32,815 nt of DNA from Trypethelium eluteriae (GCA_051942245.1 JAVECL010000251.1:1-32815); one strand, 5' to 3'; positions 1 through 10,853 are shown, counted from the stretch's first letter. Program-made: numbers and translations. Notes: generated by a model from the sequence alone, not told the origin.

Positions 1-307
1 CTGAGGATGGTGGTGGGATTGCTGGGGGGCTGGGGAAGGAGCGGCCGGTTAGTCGGCCGCCTTATTGATTCTTCTCGTGGACGATTGTCGTTGGCTGTTT
101 TGATTAGCTGGTTAAATGAGGTGCGGGTCTCGGTCCTGGTATAGAGGTTGCCTTTCCGGGAGAAACTCCGCACAGGGGGGGAGAATCGGGAAAGACTAGT
201 AAGTTTGAATGCGTTCTCGTTCTTCTCGTGTATTTTATAGTCCTCCCATTCCTGAGCTTTACGATAGCGAAGCGCTGTATCCCTCGTATATACACCTCTT
301 CGTAACA
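1..307 (-). mobile_element. Probable terminus of an LTR retrotransposon or solo LTR (partial, continues beyond window start)
   Basis: The + strand reads CGTAACA at 301-307, which is TGTTACG on the minus strand, a typical fungal LTR terminal motif. A TATAAAA lies about 70 nt inside on the minus strand, and the segment is TpA-rich. A stop-free, Pro/Arg-rich minus-strand frame runs off the window start. The other terminus and the TSD are not visible. Confidence 0.4.
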
Positions 308-977
308 AGATACAAAGCTTCATTGTTCAAACTTCTTATGTCGCACTTTGCGAAGATCATTGATGCATCTGTGTCGTATTGATATGCGAATTAGTCTCCC
401 AACCTGGAAGTCGAGTTTATGGATTCAAGCGTCTCATTTGCATTATTATGCTACAGAATATTCCACATTGCTTGCTTCTTGACTTCGAATTGGCCTTGCT
501 GTTGATCGATGCTTCTCGGCCATACTACAATGCCGATCCTCATGACTAGAATAATACTAGATTTCTACTAGAATTTTGTCCGTGGCATATTTCCAAGGCT
601 TCAAATTGGGTTCTTTAGTCATGCAAATCAAAGACGCAACATGAGAAGCTACACCCTCAATGGCTATTCCAAAGGTGATGTCAAGCCAGCGTCTAATGAT
701 AATTATCAGCATGGAACGGAAGGCCCCGAATAAGGTGTATTTCTCTGGTTCTCCTGGACCACAGCTCAGATATTGTTTTAAGATCCCGGGAAATATCGCC
801 TGCAGAAGTACCATACGATACTGCTCTACAGAGGTACTGTACCTTAATGACTGCAGGGTCCCGTCGGCCCGTCATCCGGATTGCCAGGGCTCATATTATA
901 TTACCGTGGCAGCAACCCGTTCCCCCGTCCCAGCATTGCCCCGGGAAGACCCGTACGACCCGCAAAAGCCGCATTCG

Positions 978-1215
978 GAGACTCCACTTGCTGGTACAAT
1001 TAATAGACCTCGACGTCAACACCACCACAACTTTGCTGAAAGGCCAACGAACGGTCATGCAGCTGCTGACTGCAGCTCAGCAGAAGCTGAAGCTTGCGGG
1101 TTGCGCACTGATGTCTGCCTTGCACCCTCAATCCCTAACTCCGTGTCACATGGCGATTGAAGGTGGCGACACTGAACATGCGATCATAGATTTAAAACAT
1201 CAGCATGGGGAGTAA
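978..1215 (+). pseudogene. Degenerate ankyrin-repeat relic
   Basis: Ankyrin-like fragments are split across two frames: ETPL, VQLIDLDVN, TNGHAA, VMQLL and LTPCHMAIEGGDTE. There is no intact gene model. Confidence 0.4.
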
Positions 1216-1253
1216 AGAGATCTTTCAATGTGCTGCGCAAATACACGAAAGTC

Positions 1254-2774
1254 ATGGCCACGGAGCAGTTACTGGCAGGGTACGTCTGGTGCGTTTACCC
1301 TATCAGCGGTCTCTACACGCAATTCCAACGCATCCTCTTCTGGGTGGTCATCCTCCTTGTCATCTTTTGCCAACTTCACGAATGGCTAACAGCTGGATTG
1401 GTCGGCTTTGCGGTCATTTACTCATTAACAGCTTGCATTCACGCCCTGTTTCTCGGTCCACAACACCAGTCAATCTATGATGCTGATCTGTTCGCACTTC
1501 AGGTCATCTTACAGGCTTCGATCTTCGGCATGCTTTTATGCCTTTTGTTCTCAAAACGCATCCTCAATGACAGTGCTAAGCCGGTTTTATTTTGGTGTGC
1601 TATTCTAGTATTCGCGGCACGGATGATCATGACCATTTTTTGGAGCGCCGTTGCCTTGCAAATCCACAAAGTTGCTGTACCTGTTCAATGTGCATCTGGA
1701 GGCTTGTGTTATAACCCTTGCATGGCACCGGATGTGGATGTGGTTACTTTGTTTCGCGGTAAAGCGGCTGATACTTTACAGCCGGTGATCTGGAACGGTA
1801 CTGTTACACAAATTAGTGCCAACTCAACTGTGGAGCAAGCAAATGACTGGCTCAACCACTCCCCAATCGTATCGAACGCCGGATATTCATGGCTCTCAAA
1901 GATTTGGATCTGGTATGCTTGTATGGGGCCTCTTTTGCACTGCATTATCTGGAATCTGGCTATGCGTCCTCGTCAGGCTCGCAACTACATCTTCTGCCGC
2001 CTTTGCAAAAGATACGTACCCAAGAATAAACAATCCGGAAGATGCGCAAAACTTTGCACTTTCCTATTTATTTGGATGCGATATCTATATATACTTGTTC
2101 GAGTATTTGCCCCTGAACTGTACCTTGGTAAACTGCTTGTTTTGTTCGTTCTATGGATCTTCGAACTCTTCAAGGGGAATTTGTTTTGGATACGCGCATG
2201 GGTTGCCCAAACAAAAACAACCCCAATTTTTGTACGCGCATGGGTCGCCCAAACTAAAACAACCTCAAAAATGATGTGGAATGAAAAGAAAATCGGATTT
2301 GATGACTTTATAGAGTTAGAGGAGTCAGATTCGAAGTTGCGGTACAATATCGCCAAAAGTTGCGCGATTGCTTGGTATCTAACCGCCTATGCCAGCTATG
2401 TTGCTTTGTTTGGTGTTGTTCTCTTTTTTGAGGCCAAATCAGAAATGAGTATTCAGTGGATACCTGAAGCAGAAGCAAAAAATGCCATTGGTCAATGGGC
2501 ACCCTGGGTGGCACTCCTGCTAGGGATGGTCGCTTCGCTGATCTTAAAAACAAAGCAGAATATCCTGGACCGTGATAACACCACCGATCAAAGTGCTCTC
2601 AATCTTGAAGGTGCTGATCCTCAAATTATTGCCTCTAATGCTATGGGAATGGCGGTTAAACAGGAAAACTCCTGGCAATTCATCGTTTCTCGGACTGTTT
2701 ACGAATGGCAAGATTTCAAGAATTGGTGGCAAAATACCTCGGAGGCTTCGCATACCGATATGGAATCAGAATGA
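1254..2774 (+). CDS. Uncharacterised fungal multi-pass membrane protein (about 506 aa, apparently intronless)
   Basis: Long ORF with first ATG at 1254 and roughly 7-9 hydrophobic segments. The N-terminal CVYPISGLY..R motif and C-terminal EAE..AIGQWAPW motif resemble a widespread Pezizomycotina hypothetical membrane family. A Cys-containing loop carries N-glycosylation sequons (NGT, NST). Confidence 0.8.
   Translation: MATEQLLAGYVWCVYPISGLYTQFQRILFWVVILLVIFCQLHEWLTAGLVGFAVIYSLTACIHALFLGPQHQSIYDADLFALQVILQASIFGMLLCLLFSKRILNDSAKPVLFWCAILVFAARMIMTIFWSAVALQIHKVAVPVQCASGGLCYNPCMAPDVDVVTLFRGKAADTLQPVIWNGTVTQISANSTVEQANDWLNHSPIVSNAGYSWLSKIWIWYACMGPLLHCIIWNLAMRPRQARNYIFCRLCKRYVPKNKQSGRCAKLCTFLFIWMRYLYILVRVFAPELYLGKLLVLFVLWIFELFKGNLFWIRAWVAQTKTTPIFVRAWVAQTKTTSKMMWNEKKIGFDDFIELEESDSKLRYNIAKSCAIAWYLTAYASYVALFGVVLFFEAKSEMSIQWIPEAEAKNAIGQWAPWVALLLGMVASLILKTKQNILDRDNTTDQSALNLEGADPQIIASNAMGMAVKQENSWQFIVSRTVYEWQDFKNWWQNTSEASHTDMESE
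2191..2264 (+). repeat. 42-nt-period in-frame duplication encoding RAWVAQTKTT twice
   Basis: tacgcgcatgggttgcccaaacaaaaacaacc at 2191 versus tacgcgcatgggtcgcccaaactaaaacaacc at 2233. The two mismatches are both synonymous. Confidence 0.95.
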
Positions 2775-4288
2775 AACCCACGAAATGAAGGCGTACTTGG
2801 TGCAGGCTGCCCATCATAGTTCAAGAGCTTCCCAGGTACGAGGCGTCTTTGAAACATCTGACTCTCTACCACCAGCCTGACCAGGGACCGCCCTGTAGTG
2901 TCTAGATTTATAGGAAGGATGCAGAACCATAGATCAGAAGACCTCCTGGAAAAGTGCCATTAATGTACACTGGTATGGTCTTTGAGTTCTTAGGCCAACG
3001 CAATGGAAGGACTTCACGGAATAGAATGATAAACTGTACATGGTGCATTAGTCTGAAGTAGGCTTGAATTCGCCACTGCAGTCATTCTGGCCTTGAAATC
3101 TGCTCCTAATGCCAATGTCGTCTAAATCAGCGATGCAACAGGAAAAAAAGGTTCATCTAAACCAGTGGAACCTTTGACTGAACCCATACTCGAATTTGGG
3201 GAGGCATATAAAGCTGGCGTCCATCCGTACCAAGCTCCCTACCCTACCACAAATGGAAGCATACCATGGATCCAATCCTTAGCCTGTAACCGGGCAACTC
3301 TTTGCCTATCATTTAATCTATTTCCTTCAACACCGCTCAGATCTATACACGACGACCGGTCAATATGTCCCACCCGTGGTGGCTATAGAGCCATGAGAGA
3401 CATTGACCCGACCATGTCCGTCAAGGACTTATCTGGTTGGACTTTCTTGATCTCGCTCAGACATAACGCGGCTGCGATATATCTAAAGCTTTTCAGCTTG
3501 CTAAGCCTGCCCTCCTCGAAATGTTCTCTCCTCTCAGTCTTCTGGCCTAGTACTGTAGGGTGTCGCAAAACTAGCCCGCGCGGACACCGTCCTCTATAAT
3601 CAGTCTCAAAACGGCGTTTCGTTTCCATATGAGTAGGTATTCGCCCAGATTTCTAGAACTGTGCCCTTGCAAGCACATTTAGAATATGAGAAACGGAGTT
3701 CATCTCATACTTTCGAGAGTATAGGGCACTTGACGTCATTGATTTATTCAGAGAGTGTGGCTGAATCTGTAGCAACACTGCCTCCAAAGGGCTGTTCGGC
3801 GCCCATAACAAGTCAGTAATGGGCGGGTCAACGCCAGCTCAGGCTCTCAGCAGCCGAGTTCAACCTCACCTTTACAGCTGTTATCTTTCAGTTAGCCCCA
3901 GAGTAAAGAATTTGAGTTACAAACCACCAAACTTATAGTATCTGAGCTGTGCCCTTCTATCGAACTGCGGCAGCAGCTACACCAGGACGAAAAACTCTAT
4001 TGTTCTAGATAGCTACAGCTGACTACCTAATGACCTCGGAAATTAAGGAGATGAAGCCTCTGAGGTGATCTATACCAATTTGGGCAGGGATCTACTCTAC
4101 TACGAACGAGCCAATAGAAACTAGAAACCTTATCCAATGAAGAAGAGGACGAAAAGTAAGCTTCAGGTTCGACACCTTCCCCGTGGGGCTCCAGCCTGGC
4201 ACCTCTGAATGTTTCTGCATACATTATACTTGCAAGGCCATTCTGTTTTCATCAATAAGCTCCATTTCCCCTCAGCGTCTGGTTTGCA

Positions 4289-6732
4289 ATGGATATTTGG
4301 TCTGTGTTGGGACTCGTTGTCCTGGCCGTATATTTGATAACCCTCCTGATAGAGCTAATCATCTTCTTGCCAATCACTGTGAGTTTTACACGACATAGCC
4401 GGGTACTCTAAGTTTTGGATCTCTCCGTTCGATTCTTCTGCTTCACATATTCCACTTCTAGCATTTCCAAGCGCTATAGTTGGATGAGCTACATCTCCGC
4501 AGTTATGGGCTCGTGGAATACAAGTGCAATCCTCTCTTCTAATGACACCCAACCTGAGATTAGACGAAGAAACTGCGAAAGGCTGACAAGAATATGTAGA
4601 AAAATCAAAGACTGAAAAGAGCTTTTGACTTAGCTCAGGAATTTCCATGGCTATTACGGGTCTCGACCTATATCGGATTGCTTTGGGGAATCGCACAGGT
4701 AGTGCAGATACTACAGGCGCCGCAAAACCCTCCACAGACAACCAATCTCAATCCGGACATTGTCGGGAAAGGGATTCAATTCAGTATCTTTGGACCATCT
4801 ATGGCAATCGTTATTGCATTATCTCTCGGCCATTTCCACGCAAAGTGCTCGGGGACAAAGGAGCTTGGGCTGGTGCAACTCTTTAGTAAGTCCCATGATA
4901 TGCAGGGCCTGGATCTGTTCTATCCCACACTGACCGTAGAAGCTCTTATGTACTTGTCGTGTAACATTTGTCTCCAATCGAAGAGCCTGATGACTCCTGA
5001 ACTGCTCGTTGCTCTCATGTTACTGGACTGCGCAAGCTCTGCAGTAGCCATGGCATTCTCAGATAAAGAGACCCTGGCAGCCCGAAAGCTTACGTCTATC
5101 GCTAGCTTAGCACAGCTCGTAGCTGTCGTTGTGTTTGTACTTGTTGTCTTCCTCCCACATCAGAATCAACCACAGTGTCATTTTCGAGTCTTCTGGTGGG
5201 GATTCTTTGACGACAATTTCCGACCGACGACCACCTTCTGGATATTCCTTGCGATAAGATTCATTGTTAGTTTACGTGTTTGTATACGCGGATGTCTTTT
5301 TACAAGTACGTTTAATGAAGGGGAAAGGGACACAAAGCGTATGGGTCAGAAGGATAGTAGGGACCATGAACAAAGCCCGGACTCAGTCACACCAGACCAT
5401 CGGGATACTGCAACGTCTTCATCTAACTTCGAGCTAAATCGTTCAGGCACTTTTATCCATCGAAGTCGAACGAGCGAGTTAGAAGATGGCTGCCACGGTG
5501 AGGACCACGCTCTCCAATCTACTTCGATCTCTGCACCGGTTTTCAGAATCAATTATGACACTATACCAGCCACATCATTCTCTACCTATCTTGATCATCT
5601 TCCGTGTACGGTTGCATCATTTATTTCGTGTCAAGTTCCACTCAAACAATGCTCTCCCTCTAATGGGGTATGGGTTCAATGGGGACAATTGGCACCTCTC
5701 ATCCTTTCTATGCTCGGTCTCATTCATTGGCTCTTTTACATGACTATCTATCGTCTCTTATGGCATTCACGAAAACCCAATGTCGAAAGTCGACGTAGGG
5801 TGCACCATGTGTTCCCAAATGTCCTCTTGGCACGCTCTTTAGATCAGCCAGTCTTGGCTTATATAACTTGGCGAAATTCTCCGAGGGAGTTCCCGCCATC
5901 CTTTCCACGTCCATCTAATCTAAAGAGAACAACACTAGAACAGCTAGATTTTGGACTCAACCTTTGGGATATCACCGGTGTCACGCAGTCCTTGGACGAG
6001 CTCAAACACATGCAAGGGATCCTTCCTATGAAAAAATTAAACGACCGTCTCATTACAGCGGTTAAAGAAGGACGAGAAGACTTTGTACAGCTTCTAATCG
6101 AATACGGTGTCGACGTTAACTTTAAGGATAGATATGACCAGACGCCGCTGCACTTAGCTACTCAGAACAGACACGAGGTGATAGTACAGCAGCTGCTTAA
6201 GATCAGCAGCATTGACGTCAACTTACCAGATATTTTCGAGCAGACACCGCTATGCGTAGCCGTACAGAACGAGCATAAGGCGATTGTACAGCAGCTGCTT
6301 AAGATGAGCAACATCAATGTCAATTTAGTAAATTATTATAAAGAGACGCCGTTATACATAGCCGCGGAGAACGGGCATACGGGGATTGTGCACCAGCTGC
6401 TGGGGATTAGCGATATCAACGTCAACTTGGCAGATCATCAAGAAAAGACACCGCTCTTTGCAGCCGCGCAGAACGGGCACAGGGCGATTGTGAAGCAGCT
6501 GCTTAAGATGAGCAACATTGATGTCAATCTAGTAAATTATCGCAGACAGACGCCGCTATACACAGCCGCGGAGAACGGGCATACGGCGATTGTGCAGCAG
6601 CTGCTGGCGATCAGCGACATTGATGTCAGCTTGGCAGATCATCAAGAACAGACACCGCTATCCATAGCCGCGCAGAACGACCACAGGGAGATTGTGCTGC
6701 AGCTGCTTAAGATGAGCAATATTAATGTCTAA
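4289..6732 (+). CDS. Multi-pass membrane protein with C-terminal ankyrin repeats (3' truncated; 5' exon structure uncertain)
   Basis: The open frame runs from an acceptor at 4599 (GCTGAC..TAG) to TAA 6732. A candidate hydrophobic first exon is 4289-4378 with a GTGAGT donor. A probable in-frame intron is 4886-4939 (GTAAGT..CTGAC..TAG). The NPDIVGKGI and QWGQ motifs bracket about 6-7 TM helices, followed by TPLxxAxxNGHxxIVxxLL repeats. Confidence 0.8.
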
Positions 6733-6993
6733 TAAATTATCATAAACAGAGGCTGTTATACACAGCCGCGGAGAACGGGCATACGGCGATTGTGTAGCAG
6801 CTGCTGGAGATTAGCGACATTGATGTTAACTTAGCAGATTATCAGGAACGGACACTGTCATACGCAGCTGCTTAAGACCAGCAACATTGACGTCAACTGA
6901 ATGGATTGTTACGGCCGAACGCCGCTGCAAGTAGCTGCTCAGAAGGGGCACAAGGCGATTGTGCGGCTCCTTCTCAACTTTTCACCAGCATAG
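6040..6993 (+). repeat. Ankyrin tandem array with 102-nt (34-aa) period and a 204-nt A/B higher-order unit
   Basis: TPL codons fall at 6142, 6244, 6346, 6448, 6550 and 6652, with degenerate copies at 6750, 6852 and 6919. Units alternate between KMSNI.VNLVNY and ISDI.V.LADHQE types. Confidence 0.95.
6730..6993 (+). pseudogene. Decayed 3' ankyrin repeats of the preceding gene
   Basis: A 4-nt deletion creates TAA at 6730. Other lesions are CAG>TAG at 6795, a 35-nt deletion near 6862, and TGA at 6898. The final repeat DCYGRTPLQVAAQKGHKAIVRLLL ends at TAG 6991-6993. Confidence 0.9.
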
Positions 6994-7759
6994 CATCTGG
7001 TAAAGACTGACAATCTCAAACTGAGGCAATAGACTGGAACGAAAGTGATGCGGCGGAAAACTGATGGAGACAATGTGGAGTAGTGCAGACACGCGATGAT
7101 CAGTTGTCCTTTTCTTTCCGTTCTCTCATTTGTTTTGTCATAATCACGGGCGAAGCCTTGCGTTCAACCAAGTTACGGAGGAGCACATGAGAATTCCAAT
7201 AGATTGACACATGATACCCATTTGCATTGGCGTAATGGAGGACTTACTTAGTTGCTTCACAGTCTCTACTTTACAAAACATACAAAAGGTACAAGGGCTT
7301 CCGTCGAGACAGCGATGTTTCTAGAAGGGGGTGATGTTGAGGGAGGAATAGCCGGAAGAATGCTCGTGATTCACCTCATTTGGGTGAATTGAGGTAAGTA
7401 GGCGCACCTAAAATAATTAAGGTATAGGTGCCCAGTGAACACTCACTTACTGTCTACCTTATCCAGCTCTCGGAATCCAGACAATACACAGACATTCGTG
7501 AACCATTGGGTTCTTCATCTTAGGACTTCAACGTAATCTAAGGACCCCAGAGAATTATAGAGCACAAAATCACGTTTGATGGTAACTTATGGAATGACTG
7601 CTGTATTGAGTGCACTGAATAATCATCTCTGCCCATGAACAGTTGGGAAGATGGTCCTTGTAACGTGCCAGACGTTTCACCAGGAAGAGGTTATCCTGCC
7701 ACCTAAACTTGCCTAGACTTTACCCGGAAGGCCAACAATTAGGTTGTTGGATCGTATGC

Positions 7760-8389
7760 TCACCACAGGTTTCGACTCGTATCTCCTCGCCGGCCGCGGT
7801 ATCCTTGATAATGTCCAGCTTGACCATAATTCGGATAATAGGCGCGGTGTGGTCTTCTATTGACCCGCATTTCCTGAGCACGGGCTTTGGCCGACGTCAT
7901 AGTCAAGCATCTGGACCGGAGGCAGGTATCTCTACTGATAGCATTAAGAGAGACAGAATGCGGTCCCACGTTAATCAAAGCCGTCACGTCCCTCGGATAG
8001 GTATGCCGCCCATGCGTGCGTGAGAATAATATTTGTCGCTCTCTCCAGCAGGTTTTGATGCAGCCGCAGAGGTATCTCTCGACAATGAGGGCCTCCGGAC
8101 ACTGGCCATAATTTCCAGCCCTTTGCCAGTTTGCGTGCCTTCCAAGCTCCTGAGGGCTTCGCTCCCTATTTTGCCAACGAGCGAACTCAAGACATGCCGC
8201 TCTTCGGCAAGGGCTGCATAGGTCATTATTGGTTCGAGAATAACGAAACGATCTGACGTTGTCATCTATGATTTCAAGCCTAGAGCATCGAAGTGGTCCG
8301 CGAGCAGTGTACACGGAACAGCCTTCTTGGATCTCTCTAGTCTCTGAAACACATCCGCATGATTTCCGGAATACCAGCAGTTTACACAT
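7760..8389 (-). CDS. Small Cys-rich protein with two putative metal-binding modules (209 aa)
   Basis: ATG-initiated ORF beginning MC-x8-CGC...C...C...CxxC, a pattern common in fungal hypothetical proteins. A second C..CGC..C..CxxxC module follows. There is no signal peptide. Confidence 0.65.
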   Translation of the reverse strand: MCKLLVFRKSCGCVSETREIQEGCSVYTARGPLRCSRLEIIDDNVRSFRYSRTNNDLCSPCRRAACLEFARWQNRERSPQELGRHANWQRAGNYGQCPEALIVERYLCGCIKTCWRERQILFSRTHGRHTYPRDVTALINVGPHSVSLNAISRDTCLRSRCLTMTSAKARAQEMRVNRRPHRAYYPNYGQAGHYQGYRGRRGDTSRNLW

Positions 8390-9680
8390 AGTAAAGATCT
8401 TACGCGAAGTAGATGGGTGAGTCTGTGTGCATCAGCCTCGTTCTCCACTATGGTACCTTTGATGCGCGGAGCAAGGTTAACTTACAGTATATCTAGGCAG
8501 TCAGCAGTCGGTCGCTTTTCCAGTGTTGGTGCTTGCCAGCAAGCTGTCTGTTGCTAGGTTGGAATGGGATCACAGTCAGTAAATGCCAGAAGCTCCTGGG
8601 TGTTCAAGCATGAGAGGATGTTGTGTTCGGCAACAAGATATATCTTCCCAGTTGCATTCACCTTACTTTGGAAATGATACATGTCGTCAACAGTTCCATG
8701 TTGTTCGTAACAGCTATGAGACGTAGACAATCCTGCTCATATTCACGTTCCAGCGGTAACCATACGAGTGATCATCAGAAATTCACTTCTGCGTTTTACT
8801 CATCATTCCAAGTGCTTCCGTCTGCAGTATCCAACATTGAGTATAGGCTGTTGACCAGGAGCGATGACGCACGCAGTCATGTGTCATGGTAGATGAATGC
8901 TTTTCGACATCTCGATGACTGAGCCTGGTGAACTATCTTCAGACTTGCGGAGCAGCAAGCATGACATTCACAAGGCAATCGCAATGGTCGTTTTTGGGTC
9001 GAACAACAGCCGAAGGATGACCAATTTGAGACGCATATATTGCAGTATCTGGGGTGGTTGTCAAAAAGCAAATAAATCCTTCGCATTGTACTGGAGGACC
9101 AGGAGTAGCTCAACATCACCGAAATTGCGCCCCGCTCAATAGCAGCCCTAGTGGAAATACGGGCGGTGTTGACCTCGGTGCACGAATGGAGGTTCGCCGT
9201 AAAGATGGACTGAGAGGCACATCATTATGATTGAAAGGGAAAACGTGTGGTGCGGTGACGCGTCTTATGCCATACGATATTGAGACGAGGCGAATACGCT
9301 ATCATATCGTTTGTATTACTGTATGATACTCCAATCCGCACGACCAGAGAATGCGGATGTGAATGAGGGAGTCACAACGAGAACGAGTAGATATAATTGT
9401 AAACAGCCAGTCGCGTTCAATGCGTGTCTTCACAAAGGAGTCGCCTGCGAAATATGATAAAGGAGTCCCTTCACCATTCAGTAAGATATCCGGGAGGAGG
9501 AGCCCTGATCAGAAATTGCAGCTAGCTCGAAAGCTAATTATAGGCCGTGCACCCCTTTCACTCATCTGAGCCTGACGGGCACAAATACACATTCACAGAA
9601 TTGGCTTTCTGCTTGTCGCAAGATCAATTTCTTTCTTACAATGTTTTATGTACATAAATGGTCCAGCCTAATCGATTAGA

Positions 9681-10853
9681 TTAGAAAGATATCCCCCTTT
9701 CTGCATCATGACTCTCATAAAATCCTTGCATTCTATATCTCCAGGACCAGAACACCTCAACAAAAGTCAGGTTATCTTTCCTTTCAGCGGGAAGCCACCA
9801 TTTCAGGTGTAAAGTCTTCGTCCCCTTGACATCTTCCAAACCTGCATCGCGGGGATTTGCGTAGAGGGCGTTCCATTCGACTCCGACGAATTTCCACGGC
9901 ATCCTTCCACCCTCACTTGCAGGTTTGTGGGCTACTGACATCACCTGCTGCTCAGGACAGTCTCCGGCCGTCGAATGAGGAATGTGTGAAAGTGTAACGT
10001 AGTACTCAAACATTGCCTGTGAAGGGCCCAGCATAAAGAAGCCGCCGTTGATCCAGTTCAGATTATTGTTGATAAAGTCGGCCGGAACTCTGGCTGGAGT
10101 TTCGTGGTGCAGAGTCATATCTGCGTTGCCGGCAAGCAGATACTCGTCAGGTTCAGGCGGGAGGGTGGTCGCGTTAAAGTCAGGTTCTAAAAGCTCCTCC
10201 ATGTTTAATATCTCTCTCTTCTCCGACGGCCGCCGCAGCTCCGTTGAGGCTTGCTGCCCCTTGGGTGGCAATGTGTGTTGCCACTGTGTGCTCTCGAGAT
10301 CAAAAATGTCGTCGATGTTTTCGCGGAGAACGGTGTCGCCGTCCAGAAACATAATGCGTGAGTAATCGGTGAGCTGCCATAGTCGGAATTTTGTCACGAC
10401 CACGCTCCACCGCGTCTCTAAAGGCTTCATCCATGAGGGCATAGGCACGTTTTCGACCGGTATCACCTGTGCGCCATCCGCCTCCAGTCTTTTGCGTCTG
10501 ATTTCGGGAACATCGTCTGTCACAATCACTAGGAATGGTATCTTGCGTTTCGTGCGTGTCTCCGGGCAATGCATAAGCTGATAGCCGAGCATGCGGACTG
10601 CGACATAATATTTGTTGTCGAGGTTCTCTTTTCCATCGTTCGAGCCTGATAAGAATGTTGCGTAGGCAATCTTCTCTGATGTGGTATTCGAGCTGGAGAC
10701 GTGATCGTGATGGCCAGAATTAGAGCCTAGGAATGGGAATGGCCTCGGCGTATTACTTGTGAAGTCAAAAGTAAAAAGACAGAAACTAAGGAAAATGGCT
10801 CCGACAAACAGAAGAGGTACCAACCGATGGTGGTCGAGCCCCGAGAAAATCAT
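9681..10853 (-). CDS. Glycosyltransferase family 8, type II membrane protein (GNT1-like), about 390 aa
   Basis: First ATG at 10853 precedes a single TM anchor. Motifs include AYATFL, TKFRLWQLTDYSRIMFLDGDT (DxD), INGGFF, PEQ and LHLKWW. Confidence 0.92.
   Translation of the reverse strand: MIFSGLDHHRLVPLLFVGAIFLSFCLFTFDFTSNTPRPFPFLGSNSGHHDHVSSSNTTSEKIAYATFLSGSNDGKENLDNKYYVAVRMLGYQLMHCPETRTKRKIPFLVIVTDDVPEIRRKRLEADGAQVIPVENVPMPSWMKPLETRWSVVVTKFRLWQLTDYSRIMFLDGDTVLRENIDDIFDLESTQWQHTLPPKGQQASTELRRPSEKREILNMEELLEPDFNATTLPPEPDEYLLAGNADMTLHHETPARVPADFINNNLNWINGGFFMLGPSQAMFEYYVTLSHIPHSTAGDCPEQQVMSVAHKPASEGGRMPWKFVGVEWNALYANPRDAGLEDVKGTKTLHLKWWLPAERKDNLTFVEVFWSWRYRMQGFYESHDAERGISF

Noticed and set aside
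3165..3599. 144-aa ORF between the two membrane-protein genes
   Set aside because: It has a GTG start and no recognisable features.
4160..4185. GGTTCGACACC resembling a tRNA T-loop
   Set aside because: The T-stem is incomplete and there are no acceptor, D or anticodon arms.
6040..6993. Regular repeats as a CRISPR-like array
   Set aside because: They are in-frame 102-nt ankyrin coding repeats in a eukaryote, with no repeat-spacer structure.
8600..9150. Short ORFs that might be a gene relic
   Set aside because: There is no recognisable motif or consistent frame.
9681..10853. GT8 as a member of the sulfation cluster
   Set aside because: It is about 14 kb away and separated by conserved housekeeping genes. 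A functional link is conceivable but unsupported here.
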